DNA of 63,194 bases, filler included, from Sphacelaria rigidula (Eukaryota), in NCBI GenBank assembly GCA_964200075.2. It is 5 parts of 5 records of this genome, joined end to end, with 100 filler letters (N's around TTAATTAATTAA, not from the genome) between each part and the next. Parts side by side here need not be neighbours in the genome. Positions count along the whole stretch, not along the records: positions 1 to 12,560 come from CAXNAA020003630.1; 4 more parts are not named here. The stretch is one strand, 5' to 3'. Under the pieces are notes generated by a model. The model made no database searches and was not told the origin of the DNA. It worked only from the letters and a program-made list of their open reading frames with translations. Within the stretch, counting starts at the first letter, position 1. Each line of letters opens with the position of its first letter. The position numbers and the translations under genes are program-made. Of this stretch, positions 1-12,660 are shown one piece after another.

Positions 1-2246
1 AAGAGCATCTACGCCATCAGGGACTGCTATCTCAGAGGATTCTCTGGTCTTCACAAAATGTAAGCCTGACCTTCATGCAACACATGTTGTGCTGCAGCCT
101 GCGCGCCTCATGGCATGACACCTGACCACTGGTGCGGTGGCTGACTTTTACACTCGATAATATCGAACTCAATGGCTTCGATACTAAAGACTGTGTTTGA
201 GCCTGCTAGCCCCGGTGCCCACTGAACTGGCATCTTCCTACCCAGGTCGTAAGTATCGTACCATGACATAACCCTTTGCTCATATTTTTCTAACAATTGC
301 ACGCAATAGTTTGGGATCTGGTTTGCAGTTCAATACAGCTGGCTTGTACATCGGGAGAGAGTCCTCAGCTTTGATAAAACGAGTTGATCACAGGACGGGC
401 TGACCACAATCTCATCCACCTTGGGGTGTGGCTTGCTCTGCTAACGAATACCGTAGCATGCATGGGGCTTCAGCAGTAGCTTGTTTCATTCAAGCGGTAG
501 GGTTCCTCCCTCGCCATCCGCTGTCCACGCAGGAGCCAAACACAAACTCGCGTTTGTTTGCTTTTTCCCAGTACTGTATTTTCGGTCTTTGATTTTCACT
601 TGATTTTGTATACACCGTTCATCGGGTGATCAGCTGATTTTTTCTTTAAAAGGCAGCTGCCTCCTTTTCTACTTTGAGTTGACGAACCCTCCGACTCGGG
701 TCTAGCTTCAGGTTCTCGATGTGTCATACAGTACCCACGTTGGTTTCAGGCAGTGGTGACCGAACCACAAGGCACTTCAGGTACGAGCGCACACGCAAGA
801 CCTCTTTTGCTACACAACCAAACACCCCCCACACGCACCACGACCGCCCGTGCTCACGGGCCGTCGATCCTGTATCAACCGAATCGACCGATATGTGTCC
901 CAACACACGCCAATTCATGCTTGCGGGTAAGGAGTAGACGGGCTATTTCAATCGCCGCCCGCTGCGCAGACGAGTTTTCTTCCAAACACGGAACGTTGAT
1001 CCACCATGCGCACCGAATTATATCGATGCGACATGGTGGACCAGGATTGAGAATGCTGTCTGTACACGAGCATGGTTGAACACGGCGAGGCGCGAGGCTC
1101 ATGTTACTTGTACACAAGCTCTCTACTCTGTACTCTTTTCACTTTCACACGGCACCAGGGTACACTACAGTTTGATTGCCGCTCCACCAACACGCACTAC
1201 AGTACATACTTGATCACCCAGAAGGCCGCATGCCTTTCGCTTTGAAATGTTGTTCCGAATTGAAGTACTAATTGAAGTACTGACCACAGTACAGTACCGT
1301 CTGAGTTCCAAATGGGCTCGGCTGGCAATGTTTTGCGGACGGCGAGGTACCGTGGTGCAGCATACGTTGGTCCTGCTGCACTATCTGCACGAAATCATCT
1401 ATAGTGCATTGTAGATATGACCACGGCGCGGATATAGCGGGTGCCGGGTGTCCTTCGTGTGATACGAACGAATTGACATTCGTCCTGTACCATTGACCCG
1501 ATCCTCCGCTCCACCACCCAAATATCATACTGTACTGTGCCACCCAGCATTTGCTGTCCGGTACTTTGTGCGTTACTGTTTGTATTGCACAACATATCTA
1601 TTATGCGGTTGTGCGTGTCCATCTTTTAATTGTCTACCTGTACGATGTACGTCACCAAGATCCCGACTCGACTATTTTCAATGAACCAAGAGGTGCTGTT
1701 ATATGAGTATCGCCAGCTGCGCTGATATTGCCTCTGGAAATACGATACGGCATCCGAGAGTTTTCTGTTTTTTCTTCTCAACCTCGACACTTTCTCAAAA
1801 CAGAACTGAGCGGTTTGACGTCGCTGTTCGCTGCGCCCCACACGTATATCCCTTCATGGCATGCAGGTTTGTCCAATGCGCTGCTGCGCTGGTGACAGTC
1901 ACGGTATGTCTGTTGATTGTGATAACCTTCGTTTTCTTCTTGTCTCTTTGCTGCTACACTTTATCCACCAATACACAAACATACGGTTTGTTGTGTGCCT
2001 CCGACGTTTTGTTTTTCTTTCGTCTGCACCTGATTGAAAGGTGATAGACTGCTACATGTGCGGAGTGCGCGGATCTGCATGTCGATCGAAAACTGCCGAC
2101 AGTACCGTGCCGTTCTATTCCTTATATTCTTGTTCACTCCGCCTCAGTCCTCAACAAGTATTTTGCCTTCCACGGCAAAACGTCCACTTTTCAACCGCCG
2201 CATCTCTACGTTAACGATCTGGCGCAATTACGCACATGTACAAGCC

Positions 2247-3119
2247 ATGTCTGATATCAACCGCCCTACGACTTCATCGAAGCACGATGTCACGAAGGAC
2301 GGGTCGCTCTCTACAGACAAAGATGAACAACCGTACAAATCAACCACGCGTAGTGAGGCGAGTGACAAAAACGAACCAGGACGTTGTGACGTTGATGATA
2401 GCGTCGTTGCAGGACGTATTTTCAGGGACGTGGGTGTGGATAAAGACAATCCTCCTCCACATGCTTATCCTAACCTCGTTGGTGCCCACTCCCCTGTTCA
2501 CCGATCAGCCACTCAAAGCGCTGACGGTGTTTCCACTCTTCTTTCTCAGATGGCATCACTCCACGTGAACCCTGATGCTCCGAAAACCTTTCCTGACGAT
2601 GACCTCCGCACCCAAACCGGTGCTGAACCCTCTGATCGCCCCACACTGGCTTTTGATACGCCGCCCAATTTGGAACAATACCTGCCCACGCGTGACGAAA
2701 CACACGACCGGCTTCGGCAGAAGCGTCCAGCCTTCATTCCCCCGCGCCATTGGTACAACGTTTCAGAGGCTGAACAGACAGCGTGCCAGAATCAGATCCG
2801 CAGCAACGATCTAGCACACATTGAACTTGAGCACAGAGAGTTGGAGTTTGCCCGCCTACTGGTATCTACAAGTGTCCAGGAGCCCGATCAGACCTCCCGT
2901 AATGTAGATGTCCACCCCGAGAAGAAGCCAACGGAAGAGAATGAACTAGAACGCGCGATACGCGAATCCATGAAGGCTCTGGAAATTGCGGAGAAAGAAT
3001 ATAAGCTGTTGACAAAAAGACACTCGGAAGCTTCGCGTCATTTTGAACTATGTTGGCAAGTCTGGCAATCACAGCTGCGTTCGTACGGTCGCCTGCTCCG
3101 CCCCAGAAGCGACAACTGA
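2247..3119 (+). CDS. Uncharacterised ~290-aa ORF upstream of gag/pol (low-complexity N-terminus, coiled-coil-like C-terminus)
   Basis: ATG at 2247 opens an uninterrupted frame (MSDINRPTTSS...ELERAIRESMKALEIAEKEYKLL). No gag motif recognised. Confidence 0.5.
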   Translation: MSDINRPTTSSKHDVTKDGSLSTDKDEQPYKSTTRSEASDKNEPGRCDVDDSVVAGRIFRDVGVDKDNPPPHAYPNLVGAHSPVHRSATQSADGVSTLLSQMASLHVNPDAPKTFPDDDLRTQTGAEPSDRPTLAFDTPPNLEQYLPTRDETHDRLRQKRPAFIPPRHWYNVSEAEQTACQNQIRSNDLAHIELEHRELEFARLLVSTSVQEPDQTSRNVDVHPEKKPTEENELERAIRESMKALEIAEKEYKLLTKRHSEASRHFELCWQVWQSQLRSYGRLLRPRSDN

Positions 3120-4485
3120 TTCACCGCCTGACCCATCTGACCTGACACACTTTCAACCACATGCACCGGCCCATTCATAAAACGGTAGACGTTTACACAT
3201 GAGTGGACCTAGTGCCGCGGCTGAACCCCGCCAGGGCGGTACCCACACAGCACTGAATCTCACCTCACAACTTGACAACCTTTTGGGAACGTTCTACAAG
3301 TTCCGGAGATTCCAAATAGCATACAGTGGGGTAACCCAGGACGCATTGCTCGGCCCGAAGCCTAAGCCCCGCCACCTGCCTGCTTATTTTCCTACTTCTG
3401 TAATTCATTTACCATTAGTTGGTACAATCCCACAACTAGAAATAAACAATGGCCGGTAGTTCACTGCCGAAATATCCAACAATTGTTTTTCAACCATTTG
3501 TTTTCGCTCGACCAGGTCACACACATCACACGCACGAATCAGCGGTGGCCACCGCGGGTTCAACCATGTGGTGTGGGTTGCCTGGATATGCTAACGCTGC
3601 CTGAAAGGGTTCCAAGACAGTCGAAGCCCGTGCACCGTTGCATGGCTATCAATTGAGCAGTGGCCAAACGCAACGTTTTAATCCTGGATTTGATCACCCA
3701 GTTTTACATTCACCAGGTACCAATCATATTCAATCGAATCCCCTCCTTTCGAAGGAGAGGAAGCCATGTAGTGCAGTTTCTCACACATCAGGAGCCGAAA
3801 TATCTTCTGGTACGATAGACACTGCTACTTCGACTGTTCATCGGAGAACACAAAATTCAAAGCCACACACTCAAGCACCCCCCAACTGCTCAAGTGCCCG
3901 GCTAACCACCCTACCGAGTTCCGCAAAACTACGGTACCCTGTTCCCTTCCATTTGATGAGCGTAATTATTCCTTGAAGGGTCGCAGCCGCAAACAACCCA
4001 TGCTTTCCGTCGCTCAGCGGGTTGGAATGGAACCCAAGTGACAGCGACTCAGGTGGTGCCAAGAGCGTGACCTACGTTCGACTGTCTAAGAACTCATTTC
4101 AATAGCTCCTGGAGCCGCCGACCCTTTCGTGCGCTACACGCGTCACCATAGGAGGGCTCCTCCAGATGATAATGTAGATAACCCTGATGTAGCAAGCGCA
4201 TGTGAACTCCAAGGAGGAGATTGCGTGTGGGCTCAGACAGATGAAAACCTTAGAGTGGAACAGGCCGGTACTCCCCAGATTTCGAGCAGATCGTTACTGC
4301 TCCCTGACCACACCTCGTGCACTGCGTTAGAACCCATTTCCGATTAAGCGTTGCCGTCCGTAGGGACAGAGACTTCGCCGACTCATGGACGTGCGCATCC
4401 TAGTCATAAAGGCACCTCGATCGTGTGTTAGTCACCAGGCAGACAAAGTGTTACGCAAGACGACTCGTCTCCTAACTCGCCCACG

Positions 4486-5862
4486 TTGGCCCCTTCAATA
4501 GATTCTGGGTTGAACAGTACAGCTTTACCAACCCCGCGTCCTGACGAATCGTCTCCAAAACCTCCCATTTTGGCCCTAACTAGTGATGGTATTGAGTTGA
4601 TTGGCGTATCAAACTCAACACCGCGCCCCGAAGAATCGTCCCCCGTTCTGGCCAAGCTGGATAATGTAATTGATCCCGCTTTGCACAATGACGATTCGCC
4701 CCCTCTGTTGGCCAGTAAGGGTGAAACACCACGCACAGATCAGCTGTCGGGTCCAATCACGACAACTGCCCTTCCCCGGCGTCGCCCCTCCGCCGCAGTA
4801 TATGAGATTCAACCCTCGACTGATGAGACAAAAATTCCACGCACAAACACTGACATTCCATGCACGCACCATCCTTCCGACCAAAAGCTTGTCCCCCAGG
4901 ATCATCAACGGGTGTATTTTAGCACCTTCGTTCAAAACGCAAAGCAGGATGTGTCAGATGTCTTACCCGAATTCGGACCCGATCTCGTCAGTGGTACTGT
5001 AACTCTGGATGATGCTTCTTTTACGACTAAGATAGGTTTAGATAATGGGGCGCGTGCAAACCGTCATTTGATAGCTCTTGCACTACCAGACTCTGGTTCG
5101 CCTCAAACGTTCATGACAGCCAGCTGCTGACAACAAATGATCAACGCGAGCGCGGCGGACGAACATTGTCTGTCCACCGTGCACCCTCGTGTTTTTGGTG
5201 GCTTTGGTTCCTCCACATGTCTTACGGTCAATCGATCGGTGAGACTACCTGTACAATTCTACCAGGATACTACTCCCACTGCTCGGTTGTCCGTATGGGC
5301 ACTAATTGTGCCCGATGGTTCCATGTCTTTTGATGTTTTGTTGGGTCGAGATACTTGGCTTCGTTTTTCCACACACACGTATACGACGGACATACCTGTC
5401 CCGAACCGTCCAGTTACCGGCAAACTCTCACTGAGTCACTTCGACACTGATTCGGGAGCTCATGCTCATGAGGATGACCCCACGAAAACAGGTAATGCTT
5501 TCCGTCTGTACTACGTTAGTGAACCTGTAGTCTCGCTTTCTCGTGAAACCCAACTAATCCGAGTGAACCTCGTGAGACGCAATGGATCGCCCGCCCTCAC
5601 AGGATATTATGTGGTCGAGTTTCTCGAACCTGACCAAGCACAGGTTAGTCCGTTTGAACAGACCAAAGTCTTTGTCCACGAAGGTAAGCAGGCCATTTAC
5701 CTCACGTCCCCTGCATGTTTCGATATACTCAACGGTCAGTTGTTGGGGTATGCTCAAGCGCCTCTCATACGACCCGCCCTGTCAGATGCGTGCCCCCCGG
5801 CGAACGACAACTCGTCGACCGATCCCCCGAAATCCACGCCCCCCCCCGCTACACATGCCTGA
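4486..5862 (+). pseudogene. Retroviral-type aspartic protease region of pol
   Basis: ALALPDSGSPQTF (DSG active site) and DVLLGRD motifs in one frame, split by an in-frame TGA at 5128-5130, with a frameshift at the poly-C run near 5840. Confidence 0.85.
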
Positions 5863-5867
5863 CCCCA

Positions 5868-6830
5868 TGGTGACAAATCCATCAGATGCGCCTGACCCTC
5901 AACCCCCAACTGCATTACTGGATAGATTTTCCCCAGAACAACGCGCCAGTTTTCACAAGCTGTGGGATGGCATTCCCCCTCACTTACGGCATGTTGTTTT
6001 CGATCTATCTGGCGATAGTTGGACACCCATTGTAATCGATAGATTGAGATCCAGCTTGATGAGATATTCTGAACGGTTTTCTACTGCACCCTTGGATTTA
6101 GGTCGATGTACCACGACACCGTTTAAGATCAAGATTCCTGATGGCACTCCGACTATCGCTAGGCGGATAAGATCCAGGTAATTCTCGATGGTTACTTATC
6201 TGCCGGTTTAATACGGCACTCGACGTCTCCGTGGGCCTCGCCTTTAGTAGTCGTTCGTAAAAAGAATGGCAAAACCAGACTGACGGTCAATTATCAACGA
6301 TTGGACGCTGTCACCAAAATCGCCCGGCTGCCACTTCCACGGATTGATGAAATTATTGACTCTCTTGGCGGGGGTAAATATTTTCGGACTTTGACATGCA
6401 GTCCGGCTACCACAAGCTCGTGATGGATCCAAATTCCATTGAACTGACACCGTTTTGCACGCCATCAGATTTGTACGAGTGGCTGGTTACACCACAAGGT
6501 GCCGCCGGAGCTCCAGGTGCGTTTCAACGTGTAATGTTCCGTGTAACTGATGGATTGCCCAAATGCCATGTGTACCTTGATGATGCGCTGTGCCACGACT
6601 CCACACCGGCTGAACACGTCGAACAGTTGGCGTCATTCTTCAGTCGGTTTGAACAACACAACTTGGAACTCGCACCTCCAGATCCCGCATTGGCGCCGCG
6701 AAGATTGAGTTCTCGGGTAATTGGATCACCCCCAAGGGTCGTAGCCCAAACTTCGACAAGTTCGCCGCACTCTTCGATATGCCCATGCCACGGGACGTTT
6801 CTCAACTGCGTTCCTTGTTGGGAGGTCTAA
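5868..6830 (+). pseudogene. Reverse transcriptase (frameshifted)
   Basis: Motifs SPWASP, RLTVNY, LPRIDEIIDSL, DMQSGYHK, YEWLVTPQG and VYLDD spread over several frames. Confidence 0.92.
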
Positions 6831-6847
6831 GCTACTACAGAGAGTAG

Positions 6848-7400
6848 TTGCCAAACCTTGCCCAAACGCCAAAACCCCTCACCACCCTCTTCAAAAAAGG
6901 GGTGAAATTTGTGTTCACATTGGAAATGGAAAAAACCGTCCGCCGTCTTCTTGACACCCTTTCGCGCCCGCCGATTCTCGTCTTCCCCGACTGGTCGGCC
7001 GCGGAGCAGGGATCCCGCCCTTTCCGGCTCCACACAGATTCTTCCAGAACTGGGTTTGGCTGCACATTGGAACAGGAGCAAGTCGATGCTACTGTTCGTC
7101 CCATTGTCTATCTGAGTCGCGCCACTTTTCCGAATGAACGGAATTGGTCTGTCATGGATCAAGAGGCCGGCGCAGTTGTTTGGGGCGTGCGACGTCTGCG
7201 TCAGTATTTGTATGACGTCCCGTTTGTGATGTATACTGACCATAAGTCTTTGGAAAGCCTTGCCAAAATGGCGGAACATAACGCCAGGGTCCAACGCTGG
7301 TTCGAAATCGTGTCGTCCTATAACTTCCAGCTGAAGTACCGCACAGGTCCCCAGAATGCAAACGCTGACTTTCTGTCACGCTTGCCCATACCAGCTCAAC
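6848..7400 (+). pseudogene. RNase H of pol
   Basis: LHTDSSRTGFGCTL, EAGAVVWG, YTDHKSL and NANADFLSR motifs. Confidence 0.92.
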
Positions 7401-8411
7401 CTATCGATGAATCCACCATGGGACGTACCACCGATCCCACCGAAGACATTGTGTATTTCATAAGCAGGAATGGACATAGAGGTCTTTACACACCACTTTC
7501 ACTGAGAGAAACGCCGACTTTAGGCATGTGTGGGCTGACGACCACAGCCCACGCATGGGTTCTAGGCAGCTTGCAACCTCGAACTTTGTACTCAGTTTGG
7601 AATGGACTGTCTACGAATACTGTTGGCTATGATTATTTTCGTGCAACTGGCCAGCGCATGGTTTTCGCAGCAGGTGTAGAACCGCCCTTTTGCTAACTCC
7701 GTCTTACTAGTTCAAGTTCGAGATTTGATTTCGAGTAGGACTCGTGCACGGCGAACGGCCGAAACGGCCACCGAATTAGCCGTATCTAGTCCTGACCTTC
7801 CCCTCCCTGCCTCGACCCCGGTCCCCGATAGTTTCCTTGCGCCCCCGCAGCCTCCGCGACGCAAGGCCCCCAGAAACTCGACCCCGACCGTGCCGCCCCT
7901 GCCAACCATAGCCGAAACCACGGTTGTGCCCCCCTTCCTTGGTGATGATATTGCAAACACCACCACAACACTCTCCACGCTAATCGACGTAGGAGTAGAC
8001 GTTAACGTTCCGTCTGAGAGCACACCAACTGGTAGGCTCACCCTTGATTCCGAAATCACCGCTTCGTGCCAACCCTGCCCCGAACCGACCCAACACGAAG
8101 TAGACGCTTCAACAGATGGTGTATTCAAGGAACGTTTGACTCTCTTCTCCCACGCCGATTGGGTCCGGGAACAACAGGCAGAATCTCCTTGTAAATCAGC
8201 TATTCATTATCTATCTAAAGGTTGCCCATCTCCATTCTCAGAAACCGAACTCCTTTTGCCAGTCGGGAATCTCAAAGCGCCCACACAGGATGAAGCTACT
8301 GAACTTTCAAGGAAAGGTATGCTACATACGGATGATGATGGTATAGTTCTGTTAGTTCGCCGGCCCACAGCAGCCCTCCCCAGGGAGAGGCCTACAAGTT
8401 GACATGCCCGC

Positions 8412-9900
8412 TTGCTAGGTGATGAACCCATTCGCATCTACGTCCCGACGCTCCTGCGCCCATGGGTTCTACACGAATGCCATTCCCAGGCATCGACTCA
8501 TTTAGGCGCCATTAGGACCTCCCAGATGTTGGAACGTTTTTATTGGTGGATATGTATGGATCAGTGTTGTCGTTGGTGGGTGAGGCGTTGTCTTTTGTGT
8601 CAGGCGCGAAAAACTTCTCGTTAAACAGTTCGTTGGCCGATTGTTTCCATGCCACTCCCAAACGGGCCTGGTGAAGTAGTTTCGTGGGACTATTTTGGTC
8701 CTTTGCCCCTGACGGATAGTGGAAATACGTATATTTTGTTGTTTACGGATAGATTTAGTCAACACGCGGTAATGCACGCCGTGCCCACCAGTAGTTATAC
8801 CGCGGAAGGTACCGCCAACATTCTTGTCAACATGTACATCCCACTGTGGGGTGTTCCCAAACGCTTACTGTCTGACAACGGCCCGCATTTTTCAGGCAAA
8901 TTTTCAGCCGCCGTCAGTGACATTTTGGGTGCCCATCGCATTTTTACTGGTTCATATCAATCTTCCACCAATGGTGGAACGGAACGAGTGAACCATACGA
9001 TGGCATAGATGCTTGCTGCTGTAGCAATTGAAAGACAGATGGACTGGAATCTGCACCTGCCCCTTGTCAAAATGAACTGCAACAATTCAGTCAATGTCAC
9101 TACGGGATTGTCGCCGAATGAAATTCATATTGAACGCATGCCTAGGTTACCTTTAACGGTATTCGACCGCAAAAATACAGGTGGACATGAGAGTCTGGAT
9201 CGTGATGTTGCAGAGTATCATTTGTCGGTTAACAATCGTCTTCGTCTTGCATATAAAGTGGTACGAGAACAGAACCAAATCAGTTTGGCCAAGGTGGTCA
9301 GGGCGAACTCAATGTTGGATGATGTGGTGCATAACCACCCGGTGTGGAAGGTAGGCCAATGGGCATGGGTGTACAACGATGTGAAGATCATCAATCAAGG
9401 GGCTAGCTTGAAATCATCGTCTTTGGACAAAGTGTTGAAGGCGAAACTATCCCTGAATTGGACTAGTCCTTGGGAAATTTCAGCTGTTGGTCCAAGCGCT
9501 ACCGCACCCGACAAGAGTCCGGTGGGAGCGAAACTTTTGTATTTAGATTTTCCCACGGATGAACCTAGTTTGAAACCGAAAAATCCCGTCTCGATGCTAC
9601 GATGCAAACCGTGTATACACCCTCATGAGTCCCTTGACATGCCCAAACAACTGCCGGTAGGGCTTAGCCAGTATATGTTGACCAAGAATGTGATCAAAAC
9701 TCCGCCGTATCATATGACGGTCGAGGATGCGGACGCACCCCTGGAACGCGTTGAGGTAGATAGGATTTCGGGTCTTCAACTGGTTCGCGGTCGTGGAGGT
9801 AAGATAGCGGTAATGTATCAAACACATTGGAAGGGTATCATGCGGGTTACATGGGAGCGTGAAGTTGATTTGCGTCGTTTCCGTCGGGAAATATTGCGGT
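8412..9900 (+). pseudogene. Integrase (HHCC zinc finger, DDE core) with C-terminal chromodomain
   Basis: CH...HLG...CLLC; SWDYFGPLP, LSDNG, NGGTERVN; chromo-like VDRISGLQ...YQTHWKG...TWEREVDL; in-frame stops at 8622 and 9006. Confidence 0.92.
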
Positions 9901-11375
9901 ACTGGGTAGGAGATACCGTTCAACACCGCCCGTTGAATAAGAGATATCGATCGATGCGCAAGGGGGCTGCCGCTTGGGAACTGGCACGTGAACACTCAGC
10001 GCGGTTTGTTGTGACAGGCTATAGCATTCTTTCGTGTTCACAATACATGCAGTGTTTTCACGACAAACGCGATTGCCGAAAGGGGCGTGTTTTTGATATA
10101 AGGCCTTGGATTCACTGTGGTGGTTGGGTAAACTTAATTTGGTCGATCCTGCGTCTGACCACTCCTACCTTATCCGTTTCCTTGATGACCCGAGTCCCCT
10201 TAAGATTCGCTTGGATGATGCTCACTACACCGAGAAGCCGACCGCTCGGAGGGGATCCTGGTGCCTCCAACGACACGACCATGGCGAACTTTAAACAGCC
10301 GTTCTACGGTACACGGACACCGCTTGGGATGCGGATGACTCATGATGCATCCGAATCTGCTTCCCCAGTCACCTTGCGTAGTGTACCGCGTTCGAGTCGC
10401 CTGTCTTGCACCGTAGCGTCGTTAGAAACCATTTGTCCCCCCCCCCCACCCCCCTTTCATTTGTTTTTCGTACTGATGAGCCCCGTACTCGTAGCGGTTG
10501 ATGTTGTGTTTTGTATTTGGTATTTGGTGTTTTGCTTTTTGTTGCTCTGGACCTGATTTTGTGTTTCGGTTTTCTTTGCCTTTGCGTCAATTGTTTTGAT
10601 TTGTTTTTGTCTTGTTTATTTCTGTTCTTCTTTTCTTCTCTTTTCGCCTCGTGCTTTGTGTTCAATTTTTTGTATTCAATGGGTACTTTTCTTGGGCAAT
10701 TCTGGGTTCACCTCGCAAAGTACAAGTGACGACCGTTCCATTCCTGACCCCAAGTCTGGAACCTTGAACCTCCGTTCTCCTCGCCGTACATTCACCACCA
10801 TCCCGTCTACTGGAACAGTTGCCACAAGTTATTTCTTTCTTCATTTTGTTTTTTCGTTGTACGCATCTTTTGTCTTCTTTTGTGTAGTATGTCTTTTTTT
10901 TTTCGGTCGAGAGTTTTAGGAGCGAGCGCTAGATATACCTGGCTTCCTCGTCTTGAATAATTGCGCTCTTGCCCAACCGCTTCGTACACGCATACCGCCT
11001 CCCCCTTCAGGATCGGTAATGACGTGTCCCCTTTTTTGTGTGCGTACCACGTTGAGTTTAATATTAACACGGGTTTGCCTGAAATTGTTTTACCTTCTTG
11101 GCTGAAACTTTTGACCCTGCTTGCTTCATACACACGATAATCGCTCCCGTTTACAAGGACGGTTGTCACGTGTTGTTTCTCTGCTTCATGTTGCGGATAT
11201 TTCGTTTTCGCTGTTGCCCAGCGTGCCCCTAGTTTTGAATTTATTTTGGTCTTGGTTTCTGCGTCTATGTCGGGAAATTTGCCATAAGTGCTCCAACGTT
11301 CCTGACCCCCGAGTCTAGAACGCTTGGCCTATTTTATTTTCTGCGAGTCTTGCTGCGTGTGACCAACCTCGTTAT

Positions 11376-11953
11376 AGGAGGGTCACGGGTGATGCGACGC
11401 GATGATTTATACTTGGTGATTGGTAAGTTACAACGAGGTCACCACTGACCACGTCGTACATAGCGGTGTTACTACTGTCATGAAGTCGAGGTATAATCGA
11501 TTGTAAACATCTCCTCATACAGGACCATTGCGTATCATGATGAAGTCGATTGCTCTTCCGGAACTGTCCGTTCCGTCATGTCGATCTTCGACCGTTGGTA
11601 CAGCCTACAGGCTCAGAGTGCGCCACTCGCTATTTTTTCCTGTCACTTTTACCATTTTTTTGCTTACAATTACCCGCCCCTGAAAATGGTCGGTGGTGTT
11701 TTGTTTTAGTTGTACGCAACGTGACGGTGCGACCGGCTGTGGTTTTTACTCCAGTTTGTGTTCGGGCCAGTCTCGTTTTAGTTCGAACAGGAAAATACTG
11801 TGAGGAGTGGGCTACGTTGGTCCTCTCTGTCCTGTGTATTTGTCGTGGTTCAGAAATGTGCTGAGCGATCCGCCTCGGAACTACGTAGTAGGACCGAAGG
11901 TTGTGTATCGTTCACTACGTTTCTTTTGACGTGTACGGACACCTGACCTCACA
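11376..11953 (+). repeat. Polypurine tract and putative 3' LTR (about 11390-11953)
   Basis: AGGAGGGTCACGGG immediately followed by TG, candidate CA end at 11953. No convincing matching 5' LTR in the contig. Confidence 0.4.
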
Positions 11954-12560
11954 TACCGGTCGGTTGTTTTGGTATCGTCGTGTGAGAAGATAACAAAATG
12001 TTGCAGGACTCGATTATCACCCAGACGTCTCGAGCAAGTACCGACAATTAACTCCCGCCAACGAGTTGATTTGTCCGTATCATGCTATTTTGTTTTTTGT
12101 CAACGTATGGTTTATGCGGGAAACTACCATTCCCGCGACGAAATCGGCTGTACGTTGCTGGCTTTTGCTGATTGACTGGGACGAGTGATTAGCATGAACT
12201 TGGTTATCGGAGTGATATAATGCCTTGGCGGGCTTGCTTGCTTTTCAACCATTGACCTAAAATACATCGGACGTCCAAAAAAGAGTTAACTATTTATTCA
12301 TGATATAGTTATGGCAGAGTAGGATGATCGTTTCAATGATAGGTCTCTGATTTTCTGTGACCCTCACGGAAATGCTCACGGCGTTCTGAAGACACTGCAT
12401 CTTGTGGTATATGGTTTAGATTGTTGATTTTGAAAAAACATTGGAGGGGGGGGATTTCCCATAAGACACTTTCTACAATAGCCCCCCCCAAAACGTGTAT
12501 GGGTTTGGGAGGCAAAATCTTCACGTAAATCGAAATGGGAAAAGCCGAGCACAACGAGAA

Positions 12561-12660
12561 NNNNNNNNNNNNNNNNNNNNNNNNNNNNNNNNNNNNNNNN
12601 NNNNTTAATTAATTAANNNNNNNNNNNNNNNNNNNNNNNNNNNNNNNNNNNNNNNNNNNN
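12561..12660. other. Artificial contig linker (N44-TTAATTAATTAA-N44)
   Basis: 100-nt N run with a central all-frame stop cassette, identical at four places. Confidence 0.97.

Larger units (their letters stand above)
740..11953 (+). mobile_element. Degenerate Ty3/Gypsy LTR retrotransposon (chromodomain-bearing); boundaries approximate
   Basis: Domain order protease-RT-RNase H-integrase-chromodomain on +, broken by stops and frameshifts. Long T-rich 3' region, purine tract near 11376 followed by TG. Possible PBS TGGTTTCAGG near 741. Confidence 0.88.

Noticed and set aside
108..420. Minus-strand protein-like frame at the contig start
   Set aside because: Interrupted by stops and no recognisable motif
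10300..10920. Hydrophobic or Lys-rich ORFs suggesting an env-like or membrane protein
   Set aside because: By-products of T-rich low-complexity 3' UTR sequence. The same applies to 22076-22662
12605..12616. TTAATTAATTAA palindrome recurring every ~12.66 kb
   Set aside because: Embedded in N runs and identical each time, so an assembly linker
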